Shown here: one piece after another, positions 37,576 through 47,153 of the stretch
Layout: each line of letters opens with the position of its first letter
Numbering within the stretch: position 1 is the stretch's first letter
DNA from: an uncultured Alphaproteobacteria bacterium
GTDB lineage: Bacteria; Pseudomonadota; Alphaproteobacteria; Rhizobiales; Xanthobacteraceae
NCBI GenBank assembly: GCA_963840535.1
Contig: CAWIZJ010000042.1
Coordinates: forward strand, 1,304-65,303
Direction: 5' to 3'
DNA length: 64,000 nucleotides
Made by a program: the position numbers and the translations under genes
Notes under the pieces: generated by a model
What the model saw: only the letters and a program-made list of their open reading frames with translations
Told to the model about the DNA's origin: nothing
Databases searched by the model: none

Positions 37576-38837
37576 GCGTCGGTCTCGCCCGGCTCGTAGA
37601 GCGTGTCACGCCCGAGCCGATCGAGACAGATTTCCGCCGTCCATGGCAGCATCAGCGAACCGCAGCGGCTGTCGCGATAGATGCGCTCGAGCGCCAGACT
37701 CTTGAGCATCGCCTGGCCACCGCAGGTACGGATCGCCTTGGCGGCGAGTGCATTGGAGTTCTCCATCACCGTGAACTGGGCGGCGTAGGCGCGCAGCACC
37801 TGCTCCTTGCCGGGGTTGGCGGTCGCCTCGCTGACGGCCTGGAACCATAGCGCCTTGGTCTGCTCGAGCGCGATGCGCATCTCGGCGACGGCGATCTGCT
37901 TGGTCGGATACATGCGGCGCTTGACCGGCGGGATGCCTGGAAGCTCGCCGCGCAGGTAGGAGACGGTGAAATCGTAGGCGGCCTGCGCGAGCCCCATGTA
38001 GGTCGGCGACAGGGTGAGGAACATGTGCGGCCACGATGTCGCCGCCCGGTAGTAGACGCCGCGCGGCATCAGCATCTCGTCCTCGGCCACGAATGCGTCC
38101 TCGAGCAGGAGCGTCCGCGAGACCGTGCCGCGCATGCCCAGCGGGTCCCAATCGCCGACCACGGACACGCCTTGCGCAGTTGCGGGGACGGCCAGGTAGA
38201 GCGTGTTGCGGCGCGACGCCGGCTCGCCTTCGCCGCGCTCGGTACAGAGCACGCCGTAATAGTCGGCGGCACCCGAGAGCGACGCGAAGATCTTCTTGCC
38301 GGTGACGAGAAAGCCGCCATCGACCGGTCTCGCCTCGGTGCCGAACGCGACCACGCCGGCAGCGGCCGCCCCGCCTTCCGAGAACGGCTGCGAGTAGATC
38401 ATGCCGTCGTCGACGATCCGCCGGTAGTGCAGGCGGCGGCGCCGATTGTGCTCCGCGCGCTCCTCGCCCGTGAGCTCGAGATCGTCGGCCAGCGCGCCGG
38501 TCCACAGCGTCGAGCATACGTGCATGTTCCAGGACAAAGCGGTCGCGCCGCAATAGCGGCCGAGCTCGGCAGCCGCCAGGCAATAGGTCCTGAAGCTCGC
38601 TCCCGCACCGCCCTCTGCCCGCGGCACGCAGATGGCGAGCAGCCCTGCCTCGTGCATGTCGCGAAAATTCTCGATCGGAAAGGTCGCGTCGCGATCGTAC
38701 CGAGCGGCGCGCGGCGCCAGTACACGCGCTCCGAACCGGCGAGCACGCTCGATCAGGTCCGCTTCGTCATCCGCCAGGCGGAAGGCCGCGCGATCGAAGA
38801 TCGCCGCGTCGAGGTCGTGTCGGTCGAGGATGTTCAC
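37572..38837 (-). CDS. acyl-CoA dehydrogenase family protein
   Basis: MNILDRHDLDAAIFDRAAFRLADDEADLIERARRFGARVLAPRAARYDRDATFPIENFRDMHEAGLLAICVP...IYRDSRCGSLMLPWTAEI; intact, 421 aa. Confidence 0.85.
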   Translation of the reverse strand: MNILDRHDLDAAIFDRAAFRLADDEADLIERARRFGARVLAPRAARYDRDATFPIENFRDMHEAGLLAICVPRAEGGAGASFRTYCLAAAELGRYCGATALSWNMHVCSTLWTGALADDLELTGEERAEHNRRRRLHYRRIVDDGMIYSQPFSEGGAAAAGVVAFGTEARPVDGGFLVTGKKIFASLSGAADYYGVLCTERGEGEPASRRNTLYLAVPATAQGVSVVGDWDPLGMRGTVSRTLLLEDAFVAEDEMLMPRGVYYRAATSWPHMFLTLSPTYMGLAQAAYDFTVSYLRGELPGIPPVKRRMYPTKQIAVAEMRIALEQTKALWFQAVSEATANPGKEQVLRAYAAQFTVMENSNALAAKAIRTCGGQAMLKSLALERIYRDSRCGSLMLPWTAEICLDRLGRDTLYEPGETDA

Positions 38838-39109
38838 GCGTGCCCCCGGTCGGGTCGTGTCCCCACCACCCCGTTGGCAGCGGAGGAACGGGAGGGCGAC
38901 GAAACACCGCGGAGAAAGTCGAGAACGGCGGCGTCGAAGCGTGCCGGCGCCTCCAGATTCGGCAGGTGTCCGGATCCCGGCAAATCAAGGGCAACCGTGC
39001 CAAGGCCGGCGGCGGAGAAGCTCGCCAACTGCGGCGTCCAGGCCCGCGCCGACCCGCCGACGCCGTGCAGGAATACGACCGGATGCGAACTGATACTTTC
39101 CGCCGACAT
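38834..39109 (-). CDS. alpha/beta-hydrolase remnant: N-terminal and C-terminal ends joined in frame, catalytic core missing
   Basis: MSAESISSHPVVFLHGVGGSARAWTPQLASFSAAGLGTVALDLPGSG is joined directly to HLPNLEAPARFDAAVLDFLRGV. The protein is 91 aa whereas the family is about 260 aa. There is no G-x-S-x-G nucleophile elbow. Its stop overlaps the ACAD start. Confidence 0.6.
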   Translation of the reverse strand: MSAESISSHPVVFLHGVGGSARAWTPQLASFSAAGLGTVALDLPGSGHLPNLEAPARFDAAVLDFLRGVSSPSRSSAANGVVGTRPDRGHA

Positions 39110-39160
39110 GCGTCCACTCGAACCGGCGCATTGTCCGGCGGACCTCCGGAAAAGCCAAGC

Positions 39161-39205
39161 CCTTCGCCACACGGTCCCTTCGCCACACGGTCCCTTCGCC
39201 GCACG
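39161..39205. repeat. 16-bp tandem repeat, about 2.8 copies, in a divergent promoter region
   Basis: CCTTCGCCACACGGTC occurs at 39161-39176 and 39177-39192, followed by a partial copy CCTTCGCCGCACG at 39193-39205. This was read directly. Confidence 0.85.
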
Positions 39206-39331
39206 CGACGACTGCGGAGGTAGCCCGGGCTACGAGGGCGTGATACACGGGAAGCCAGTCGTCTCGATCCGATTTCGCGGGTGAGAGAAAAACCGCACCG
39301 ATGGCGACGACCGAACAATCGGAGGAAAGGC

Positions 39332-40357
39332 ATGAAATCGACCACGCTCGCCCTGGGGATGCTCACCTGCGCTTTGATGCTGCCCGGCACACCCGGACAT
39401 TCGCAGACCGTCCTCAACGTGAACGCCTGGGTCCCGCCTTCCCATCTGCTGGTGGCGGACGTGACCATGCCGCTCTGCAAGGACATGGAGCAGGCGACAC
39501 AGGGGCGAGTGAAGTGCAACCTGCTGCCCAAGGCAGTGGTGGCGCCGCCGCAGACGCTCGATGCGGTCAAGGACGGCCTCGCCGACCTGTCGTTCATCGT
39601 GCACGGTTACACCCCCGGCCGCTTCGCGCTCACCGACGTTGCCGAATTCCCGTTCATGGGCGACACCTCGGAGGCGGTCTCGGTCGCCTATCAGCGCCTC
39701 TACGACAAGGTCCTGGCCAAGCAGGACGAGCACAAGGGTGTGCACGTGCTCGCGGTGTTCACCCATGGTCCCGGTCAGATCTACAACACCAAGCGTCCGG
39801 TGACCTCGCTCAAGGACCTCGAGGGCCTCAAGATCCGCGTTGGTGGCGGCCTGGTGAACGAGGTCGCCAAGGCGCTCGGCACGGTGCCGATGCTCAAGCC
39901 GGCTCCCGAAAGCTACGAGTTGTTGAGCCAGGGCGTTGCCGACGGGCTGTTCTTTCCCAAGGAGTTGCCGATCTCGTTCAAGCTGATTCCGCTCATCAAG
40001 CACGTCACCTATGTGCCGGGTGGGCTCTACAATGTCAGCTTCGCCCTGGTCATGAACCCGGCGAAATGGAGCCAGATCTCGGAAGCCGACCGCGCCGCCA
40101 TCAACAAGCTGTCCGGCGAGGCACTGGCACGGCGCGCCGGACAGGCCTGGGATGCGACCGATGCCAAGGGCGAGAAGGCGGTACGCGATGCCAACATTCC
40201 GGTCGTGATCGCGAACGACCAATTCGTCGCCGAGATCAAGTCCAAGACCGCTGGGCTCGAACAGGCCTGGTTCGACAAGGTCAAGGCCAAGGGTGTCGAC
40301 GGCGCCGCAGCGCTCGCCGCATTGCGCAGCGACATTGCCGCGGCTGCCAAGAAGTAG
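39332..40357 (+). CDS. dctP: TRAP transporter substrate-binding protein (DctP family)
   Basis: MKSTTLALGMLTCALMLPGTPGHSQTVLNVNAWVPPSHLLV...LKIRVGGGLVNEVAKALG...; signal peptide present. GGAGGA lies upstream of the ATG at 39332. Confidence 0.85.
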   Translation: MKSTTLALGMLTCALMLPGTPGHSQTVLNVNAWVPPSHLLVADVTMPLCKDMEQATQGRVKCNLLPKAVVAPPQTLDAVKDGLADLSFIVHGYTPGRFALTDVAEFPFMGDTSEAVSVAYQRLYDKVLAKQDEHKGVHVLAVFTHGPGQIYNTKRPVTSLKDLEGLKIRVGGGLVNEVAKALGTVPMLKPAPESYELLSQGVADGLFFPKELPISFKLIPLIKHVTYVPGGLYNVSFALVMNPAKWSQISEADRAAINKLSGEALARRAGQAWDATDAKGEKAVRDANIPVVIANDQFVAEIKSKTAGLEQAWFDKVKAKGVDGAAALAALRSDIAAAAKK

Positions 40358-40441
40358 GGCTCCCGACACGGCCGTCGCGGCACCGCCCGAGACCTCCGGG
40401 CGTGCCGCGGCGGTGTGCGGTCGACGGGTCGGAGGGGTTCC

Positions 40442-40952
40442 ATGATCGATGGCGGGGAGCAGCCGCTCGGGCTCTTCGACCGCATCGTCGCGCCGGCGCT
40501 CGGGTACTTCGCCGCGCTGGTGCTGTTCGGTCTGATGGCCCTGACCTGCGCGGACGTTGTCGGTCGCTACTTTCTCGGCATGCCGATCTCCGGCGCCTTC
40601 GAGATGACGGAGATGCTGCTGGCGTCGCTCATCTTCGCCGGTCTGCCGCTGGTGACGCTGCGAAACGATCACATCACCGTCGATCTGCTCGACCCGGTCG
40701 TTCCGGACTGGCTGTTTCCGCATCCAGCACGTCGTCGCCTGCCTGATCGGCTTTGCCGCAACGTCCTACCTTGCATGGCGGCTGTGGCTGCGCGCCATCG
40801 GGATGGACCGCGCCGGCGAGACCACGGCGCAACTGAAGTTCAAGCTGGCCTATCTGACCTACGGGATGAGCATTCTGATGGCGCTCACGGCGCTGGCAAT
40901 GCTGGTGCTCCTGTTCCGGCGCCCCACTCGCCATGCCATCGCGCAGGCCTAG
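40442..40952 (+). pseudogene. dctQ: TRAP transporter small permease (DctQ family), one frameshift as sequenced (~40716, TT to TTT)
   Basis: MIDGGEQPLGLFDRIVAPALGYFAALVLFGLMALTCADVVGRYFLGMPISGAFEMTEMLLASLIFAGLPLVTLRNDHITVDLLDPVVPDWL continues by hand translation as RIQHVVACLIGFAATSYLAWRLWLRAIGMDRAGETTAQLKF...RRPTRHAIAQA, with the stop at 40950-40952. Confidence 0.7.
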
Positions 40953-40955
40953 ATC

Positions 40956-42249
40956 ATGCTCGACGCGCTGATCGGGTTCGCTGCCTTCCTGGTGCTCGCC
41001 TTTCTGCGCGTCCCGATGGCGTTCGCCATGGGCATCGTCGGGTTCTTCGGCGTCGCCTACAAGCTCAACTTCAACGTCGCCTCGGCGATGATCGCGCAGG
41101 TGACCTACGAGACCGGGCTCGCCTACACGCTGTCCGTCATCCCGCTGTTCATCCTGATGGGCAATTTCGTCGCCCACGCGCGCATGTCGGAGGAGCTCTA
41201 TCAGGCGGCCTACTGCTTCCTCGGGCATCGGCGCGGCGGGCTCGCCATGTCGACGGTGGTCGCGTGCGCCGGCTTCGGTGCCATCTGTGGCTCCTCGATC
41301 GCCACCGCGGCGACCTTCACCAAGGTGGCCTATCCGTCGATGCGCAAGTATCGCTACAAGGACACGCTCGCCGCCGGTTCGATTGCCGCCGGCGGCACGC
41401 TCGGCATTCTCATTCCGCCGTCGGTCGTCATGGTGATCTACGGCATCATGACCGAGACCAGCATCGGCAAGCTGTTCGTCGCCGGCGTCATCCCCGGGGT
41501 CGTAGCCACCGTCTTGCTGTGCCTCGCGGTGATGTGGATCACCTGGCGCGATCCCGATGCCGGCCCGCCGGCGGAGCCGCATTCCTGGCGGGAGCGCCTC
41601 GACGGCGATCAAGAACGTCTGGGCGGTGGTAGCGCTGTTCCTGCTCGTCATCGGCGGCATCTATGTCGGTGCATTCACCGCCACCGAGGGTGCCGGCATC
41701 GGCGCCGGCGGCGCGTTCCTGTTCGCCTTGGCGCGTCGCGTGCTGACCTGGCGGATGCTGATCGACGTGCTGATCGAAAGCGCGCGCACCACGTCGATGC
41801 TGTTCATGATCCTGATCGGCGCGCTGCTGTTCGCCAACTTCGTGAACTACACGACGATGCCGGCCGACCTGAGGAGCTTCGTCACCCAGTTCAACGTCCA
41901 CCCGACCTTGGTGATCGCCGCCATCTGCCTGATCTATGTCGTGCTCGGAACGGCCATGGAGGAGCTCTCCATGATCCTCCTGACCGTACCGCTGTTCTTT
42001 CCCGTGATCACCGGGCTGGGCTACGACGCGATCTGGTTCGGCATTCTGGTGGTGATCGTGGTGCAGATCGGCATGATCAGCCCGCCGGTCGGAATGAACA
42101 TCTTCGTGGTGAAGAATTCGATTCGACACCTCTCCATCGCCGACGTGTTCCGCGGCGTAACGCCTTTCACCGTGGCCCTCGTTGCAATGCTGGCGCTGAT
42201 CGTCGCCGTTCCCGGCCTGGCGACCTGGCTTCCGAGCTTCATGCGGTGA
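40956..42249 (+). pseudogene. dctM: TRAP transporter large permease (DctM family), one frameshift as sequenced (~41603)
   Basis: MLDALIGFAAFLVLAFLRVPMAFAMGIVGFFGV...WRDPDAGPPAEPHSWRERL (ORF 40956..) is followed by AIKNVWAVVALFLLVIGGIYVGAFTATEGAGIGA...ATWLPSFMR (ORF 41557..42249). Confidence 0.8.
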
Positions 42250-43557
42250 GCACGGGCAGACAGGCGGAGGCGCAGGCTCTTCGGCAGGCCGCGCTCGGCT
42301 TCGACCTGAAGCGGCTCGATGCGGCGTTTCTCGCCGATCCGTTTCCGCTCTACCGGGCGCTGCGCGAGCATGATCCGGTTCATCGGATGCCGGACGGATC
42401 GTATTTTCTCAGCCCGCTACGACGACTGCGCGGCGGTCTATCGCGATGCCGGGACCTGGAGCTCGGACAAGAAGGTCGATTTCCGGCCCAACTTCGGCGA
42501 GAGCTCGCTCTACGAGCACCACACGACGAGCCTCGTGTTCAACGATCCGCCCTACCATACCCGGGTGCGCAAGCTGCTGGCTCCCGCCTTCACGCCGCGT
42601 GCGCTCGAGGCGTTGCGGCCGCGCATCGAGGCTCTGGTGGACCGGCTGCTCGATCGCGCCGCCGCGGCGGGAGGCATGGATCTGATCGCCGACTTTGCCG
42701 CCGCGATTCCGCTCCAGCTCGTCGGTGACATGCTGGGCGTGCCTGCGGGCGAGCGCGGCACCGCTGCGGGACTGGTCGCTCGCGATCCTGGGTGCGCTCG
42801 AGCCGGTGCTGACCGCCGAGCAGTTCGAGCACGGCACCCGGGCGGTGGACGAGTTCAAGGGCTATCTGCGCGATCTCGTGGCCCGCCGCAGGCGCGAGAC
42901 GGGCCTGGACGAGGGCGAGATCCTGTCCAAGCTGATCGTCGCCAGCACCCCCACCCTTTCCCTCCCCCGCGAGCGGGGGAGGGAAAGGGAGGGGGCTTAC
43001 GGCCGACCGCAGGACGGCCTGAGCGAGCTCGAGCTCCTGCACAATTGCATATTCGTTCTCAACGCCGGGCACGAGACCACCACCAATCTCATCGGCAATG
43101 GCGTCGATCTGCTGATCCGCAATCCCGACGCCATGGACGATCTGCGCGCGCATCCCGAGCTGATCGGGACGCGCGGTGGAGGAATTTCTGCGCATGGAAA
43201 GCTCGAACCAGCTCGGCAACCGGCGTGCCGCCAGGGACACCGTGCTCGCCGGCGTCGCGATGCCGCAAGGCACCTACGTCCACATCGGGATCGGCGCCGC
43301 CAACCGCGATGGCGCGCAGTTTCCCGAGCCGGACCGCCTCGACATTCGCCGCGATCCCAACCGGCACCTCGCGTTCGGCTACCGGGATCCACGTTTGCGC
43401 AGGGATGTCGCTCGCCCGCATGGAGGCGCAAGTTGCGATTGGCGCGCTGGTGCGGCGCTTTGCGACCATCGAGCGCGCGGGCGAGTTCGTGCGCGGGGGC
43501 CGTGCCCGCTTCCGCGGTTTTCTGCGTTATCCGTTGCGGCTGGCCCAATCAAGTTAG
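42246..43557 (+). pseudogene. cytochrome P450, four +1 frameshifts as sequenced plus an in-frame palindromic insertion
   Basis: A GTG at 42246 overlaps the dctM stop. The sequence runs ..FLADPFPLYRALREHDPVHRMPDGSYFLS | RYDDCAAVYRDAGTWSSD...LVGDMLGVPAGER | APLRDWSLAILG...NAGHETTTNLIGN...LRAHPELIGT | AVEEFLRMESSNQLGNR...DPNRHLAFG | TGIHVCAGMSLARMEAQ. The last segment carries the heme motif FGxGxHxCxG. The breaks are at ~42411, ~42756, ~43170 and ~43382. Confidence 0.8.
42948..42995. repeat. 48-bp palindromic REP/MITE-like element inside the P450 reading frame
   Basis: CCCCC A CCCTTTCCCTCCCCCGC GA GCGGGGGAGGGAAAGGG A GGGGG. It has 17-bp perfect arms plus 5-bp outer arms. It translates in frame as TPTLSLPRERGREREG. 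Confidence 0.75.
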
Positions 43558-43597
43558 GGCCAAGGTGGGGTAGCTCTCACCGCGGCGGTCGTTACGC

Positions 43598-45532
43598 TCA
43601 ATTCCAGGTTCGCACCGCCCGATAGGCACGCAACAGCTCGCGATCGAGCTCCGTTCGAGCGCCGCCGACCAGCGGCGTGGCGTGGACGAACCAGGACGTG
43701 CCATCCGCGATGCGGATGGCGAATGTACTGGTGTCCGCCGTGCGTGGCCCCTCGGAATCGGGCGGCATCTTGCGCTGCCACGATCCCGTGTGCCAGATCT
43801 CGGTTCCGCTGCCGGTATCGCGAAGACGGACGCCGAGACCATACCAGACCGGGTAGCTGGTCTTCCCGTAGGTCTTGCCGGTCATGTCCAGCATCCAGTC
43901 CCGCGCTTTCACGCCGAGTTGCGTGCCCGCCGGATCGAGCTGCTCGAGGAACGCCAGATAGTCGGCGCCGTTCATGCGCCAGCCGCCGTACGACGACATG
44001 ACGCGCCATGCAGGTTCGAGCGCGCCGGCGGCACCCGCAGGTTTCAGCACGGCGTCGCGGCAATAGTCCTCGTAGGATCGGCCCGTCGCTTCCTCGATCA
44101 CCGCACCGAGAACGAGATAGCCCGGCATTCGAGTACGCGAATTCCTTGCCGGGGTCGTGGACGAGCTTGGCGCCGAACACCCTTGTCAGATATGGCGGTT
44201 TCGGGGGCACCCGCGTCGAATGGTCGGCCAGGTAGGACCTGAGGTTGCGTCCCGTCGCCGGGTCTCCCCCGTCGTCCGCGCTTCCGAACCCGCCGCGATG
44301 CGTGAGCAGCTGCGCAATGGTCGCCTGCTCGGTCCGCGGGTCTGCAGGCCTGCCGTTCGCCCGAAAGAACTTCGCAAGTGCATTCGCCAGCGGCGTCTCG
44401 AGCGACAGCCGACCGTCGCGCACGAGGGTCGCAATGCAGGCGCCGGTGACGGCCTTGGACAGGCTTGCAAGATGATAGGCCCCGTCCGGATCGGCTCCGC
44501 CGACTGCTCCGCGATGAACGACCCGACCATTGCGCCGCACCACGATGACCGCCTTCGCAATCCTGTGCTTTGCCGCCCAGGCCGTCAGCACCTGCGTGAA
44601 CGCTTCCGGCCGGTCGGCGAGCGTGGTTTCCGCGGATTCAAGAACTGCTGCGCTCGCATCGAAACCGCAGCATGCGCGCAGCCACTGCTCGAGCACCGGT
44701 CGCCATGCGGCGGGGTTGCCGGTGAAGCTCGGGTGGCCATCGGTCTTGTACGGCGGAAGCTGGACGAAGCGTCCGCTGCCGCCCCGGGCGACGAATCCCT
44801 CGAACCAGGCGCGCGGGGCTTGCTTGCCCCAGTACCTGTCGTTCTCGCTGTACAGCCACAACGTCGGGATCCTGGCGGTCGCCCCGTAGGAGGCGAACAA
44901 TCCGGCCAGCAGATCCTCGCGGCAGGGACGCTCGGGCCGCGTGTCCGGCGCTCCTCCTCCGCCGCCGGCGAAGTTGACGGCGGCCGTCACGCCCGGGATG
45001 TTCTTCGCCGCCACCGCGATCGCGGTTGTCCCACCGAAGGACTGTCCGACCACCACTCCCCTGGCCGGGATCGACGTAGGGCAATGTTTTCGCGTGCTCG
45101 ATCAGCCTGATCGTTTGGGCGGCCGCCGCCTCGTATGCCGGCGGATAGTTCTTCAACTCGCAGCCGCCCGAGTGCTCTACATCCGGTCCGCCGGTGGCGC
45201 CGTACCCGACCCGGAGCGGAACGAAGACGGCAAACCCTCTCGAGACGAAGTATCGCGCGTTGTCGGCAATGGGGTGTGACCCGCAGGTTGGCGTTTCTTT
45301 CCCGCTGGGCCGAGCGACCGTGGTTGAGAATCAGAAACGGAGCTTGCGCCCTGGAGTCGTCGCGGAAGATGGTGACCTTGATCGAATGCTTGACGGTTCG
45401 GCGATCGATGCCCGCAATCTCGACCGGCAGATCGATGGTCTCCTCGACGATGGCGGCGTTGGCATGAGAAGAGCTGCCTGCCAGAAGAAGGCTGCCCGCC
45501 AGCGCGACCAAACTCTTGAAAGACGAAATCAT
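43598..45532 (-). pseudogene. secreted two-domain hydrolase: dienelactone-hydrolase-like alpha/beta domain fused to a serine hydrolase (class C beta-lactamase/esterase family) domain; three +1 frameshifts as sequenced
   Basis: [26 protein letters not shown] (signal peptide)...[13 protein letters not shown] | [31 protein letters not shown]...LPYVDPGQG | VVVGQSFGGTTAIAV......AYHLASLSKAVTGACIATLV (S-x-x-K)...EFAYSNA | GYLVLGAVIEEATGRSYEDY...WHTGSW... The breaks are at ~45280, ~45060 and ~44122. Confidence 0.7.
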
Positions 45533-45580
45533 CGAAATGCTTCCTTCCCGGCCTTGCCGTCGCGCGGCGCACCTGGCAGG

Positions 45581-45959
45581 TCAATGACCTCCTTCCGACG
45601 CCGTCAGTTGCTCGTAGGCCGCTTCGTCGAGCAGGGCTCCGATCTCGGCGGGAGCGGCGATCCTGATCTTGAACAGCCAGCCGTTGCCGGTCGGTTCCGC
45701 ATTCACGAGGCCGGGCTCCGCGGCGAGCCTGTCGTTCACCGCGATGACTTCCCCGCCGACCGGTGCGTAGACGTCCGATGCGGCCTTTACCGATTCCACC
45801 GTTGCCGCGACCGCGCCCTTGTCGAATCGTCGCGCCCACGCTCGGAAGCTCGACGAAAACGAGGTCGCCGAGCTGCTCCTGCGCGAAAGGGGTGATGCCG
45901 ACGACCCCGACGTCACCATCGACGCGGAGCCATTCGTGATCCTTGGTGAACTTGAGCAT
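45581..45959 (-). pseudogene. gcvH: glycine cleavage system H protein, one frameshift as sequenced (~45834)
   Basis: [44 protein letters not shown] (frame of ORF 45177..45959) is followed by [34 protein letters not shown]...[10 protein letters not shown] (ORF 45581..45919). The lipoyl-Lys context is VESVKAASD. An extra A sits in ACG-A-TTC. Confidence 0.85.
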
Positions 45960-45976
45960 CCCTCTGCATCTCCAGG

Positions 45977-47134
45977 CTAGGTTTGGCGGCGTTTGTAGCG
46001 TGTCGGAACGAAAGGAAGTTCGGAGACGACGACAGGCAGCCGCCTGCCGCGAACGGCGGCGGACAAACGTGTCGACGGCATCGCTGCAGCACGCGGAACA
46101 TAGCCCATGGCGACCGGCGCGTTGAGGCTCGCGCCGAAACCGCCGGATGAGACGGCGCCGGCAGCCGTCGTATCGTTCTCAGCGAGGAAGAGCGGAGAGC
46201 CGCCGCGCACCGGTGCCGGACCCACCGGGCGCAGCCCTACGCGTCGACGCGGTGCGCCGGTCGCAATCTGCCGCAGGATCGCATCGCTGCCGGGGAATCC
46301 GCCGGCGCGCTCGCCCGCCGCCCGCCGCACCCGCGGGATGGCCCACGCCAAGGCAGCCTCGATCGGGGTGGTCGTCTCGTCGAGGTCGCTTCCGTAGAGA
46401 CAGAGGCCCGCCTCCAGCCGCAAACCGTCGCGCGCACCGAGACCGGCCGGCGCCACGGCAGGATTTCGCAGCAGCGCTTCGCAGAGCGTCTGCGCGGCGT
46501 CTGCCGGCACGCTGACCTCGAAGCCGTCCTCGCCGGTATAGCCCGATCGCGATACCAGGCAGGCCGCGCCCAAAATCGTCACGGCGCGGACATCCATGAA
46601 CACCATCGCGCGAATCTCGGGCGCGAATTCGGCCAGCACGGCCTCCGCCTGCGGTCCCTGCAGCGCGACCAGCGCGCGGTCGCTCAGCGGATCGATCAGG
46701 CAGGAGTCCGACAGGTGCCGGCGCAGGTGCTCCTCGTCGGCCGCCTTGCGCGCTGCGTTGACCACCAGCATCAGGTGATCGCCCTGGTTCGAGACCATCA
46801 GATCGTCCAGGACCCCGCCGGTGGCGTTCGTGAACAAGGTGTAGCACTGACGCCCGGCGGCAAGTCCGAGGATGTCGGCGGGCACCAGGGCCTCGAGCGC
46901 GCGCGCCGCATCCTGGAGGCGTCCGGATCGGGAACGCAACGCGATCTGTCCCATGTGCGATACGTCGAACAGGCCGGCGGCCGCGCGGGTGTGGAGGTGC
47001 TCCTTGATGATCCCCGAAGGATACTGCACCGGCATGTCGTAGCCCGCGAACGCGACCATGCGCGCGCCGAGCCGCACATGCAGGTCGTACAGCGGCGTAC
47101 GCCTGAGAGGGGCCACGTCTGTCGGTCCGGCCAT
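45977..47134 (-). CDS. gcvT: glycine cleavage system aminomethyltransferase T
   Basis: ...[55 protein letters not shown]...; intact, 385 aa. Confidence 0.9.
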   Translation of the reverse strand: MAGPTDVAPLRRTPLYDLHVRLGARMVAFAGYDMPVQYPSGIIKEHLHTRAAAGLFDVSHMGQIALRSRSGRLQDAARALEALVPADILGLAAGRQCYTLFTNATGGVLDDLMVSNQGDHLMLVVNAARKAADEEHLRRHLSDSCLIDPLSDRALVALQGPQAEAVLAEFAPEIRAMVFMDVRAVTILGAACLVSRSGYTGEDGFEVSVPADAAQTLCEALLRNPAVAPAGLGARDGLRLEAGLCLYGSDLDETTTPIEAALAWAIPRVRRAAGERAGGFPGSDAILRQIATGAPRRRVGLRPVGPAPVRGGSPLFLAENDTTAAGAVSSGGFGASLNAPVAMGYVPRAAAMPSTRLSAAVRGRRLPVVVSELPFVPTRYKRRQT

Positions 47135-47153
47135 CTGCCGCTCCCGCCTCGTG

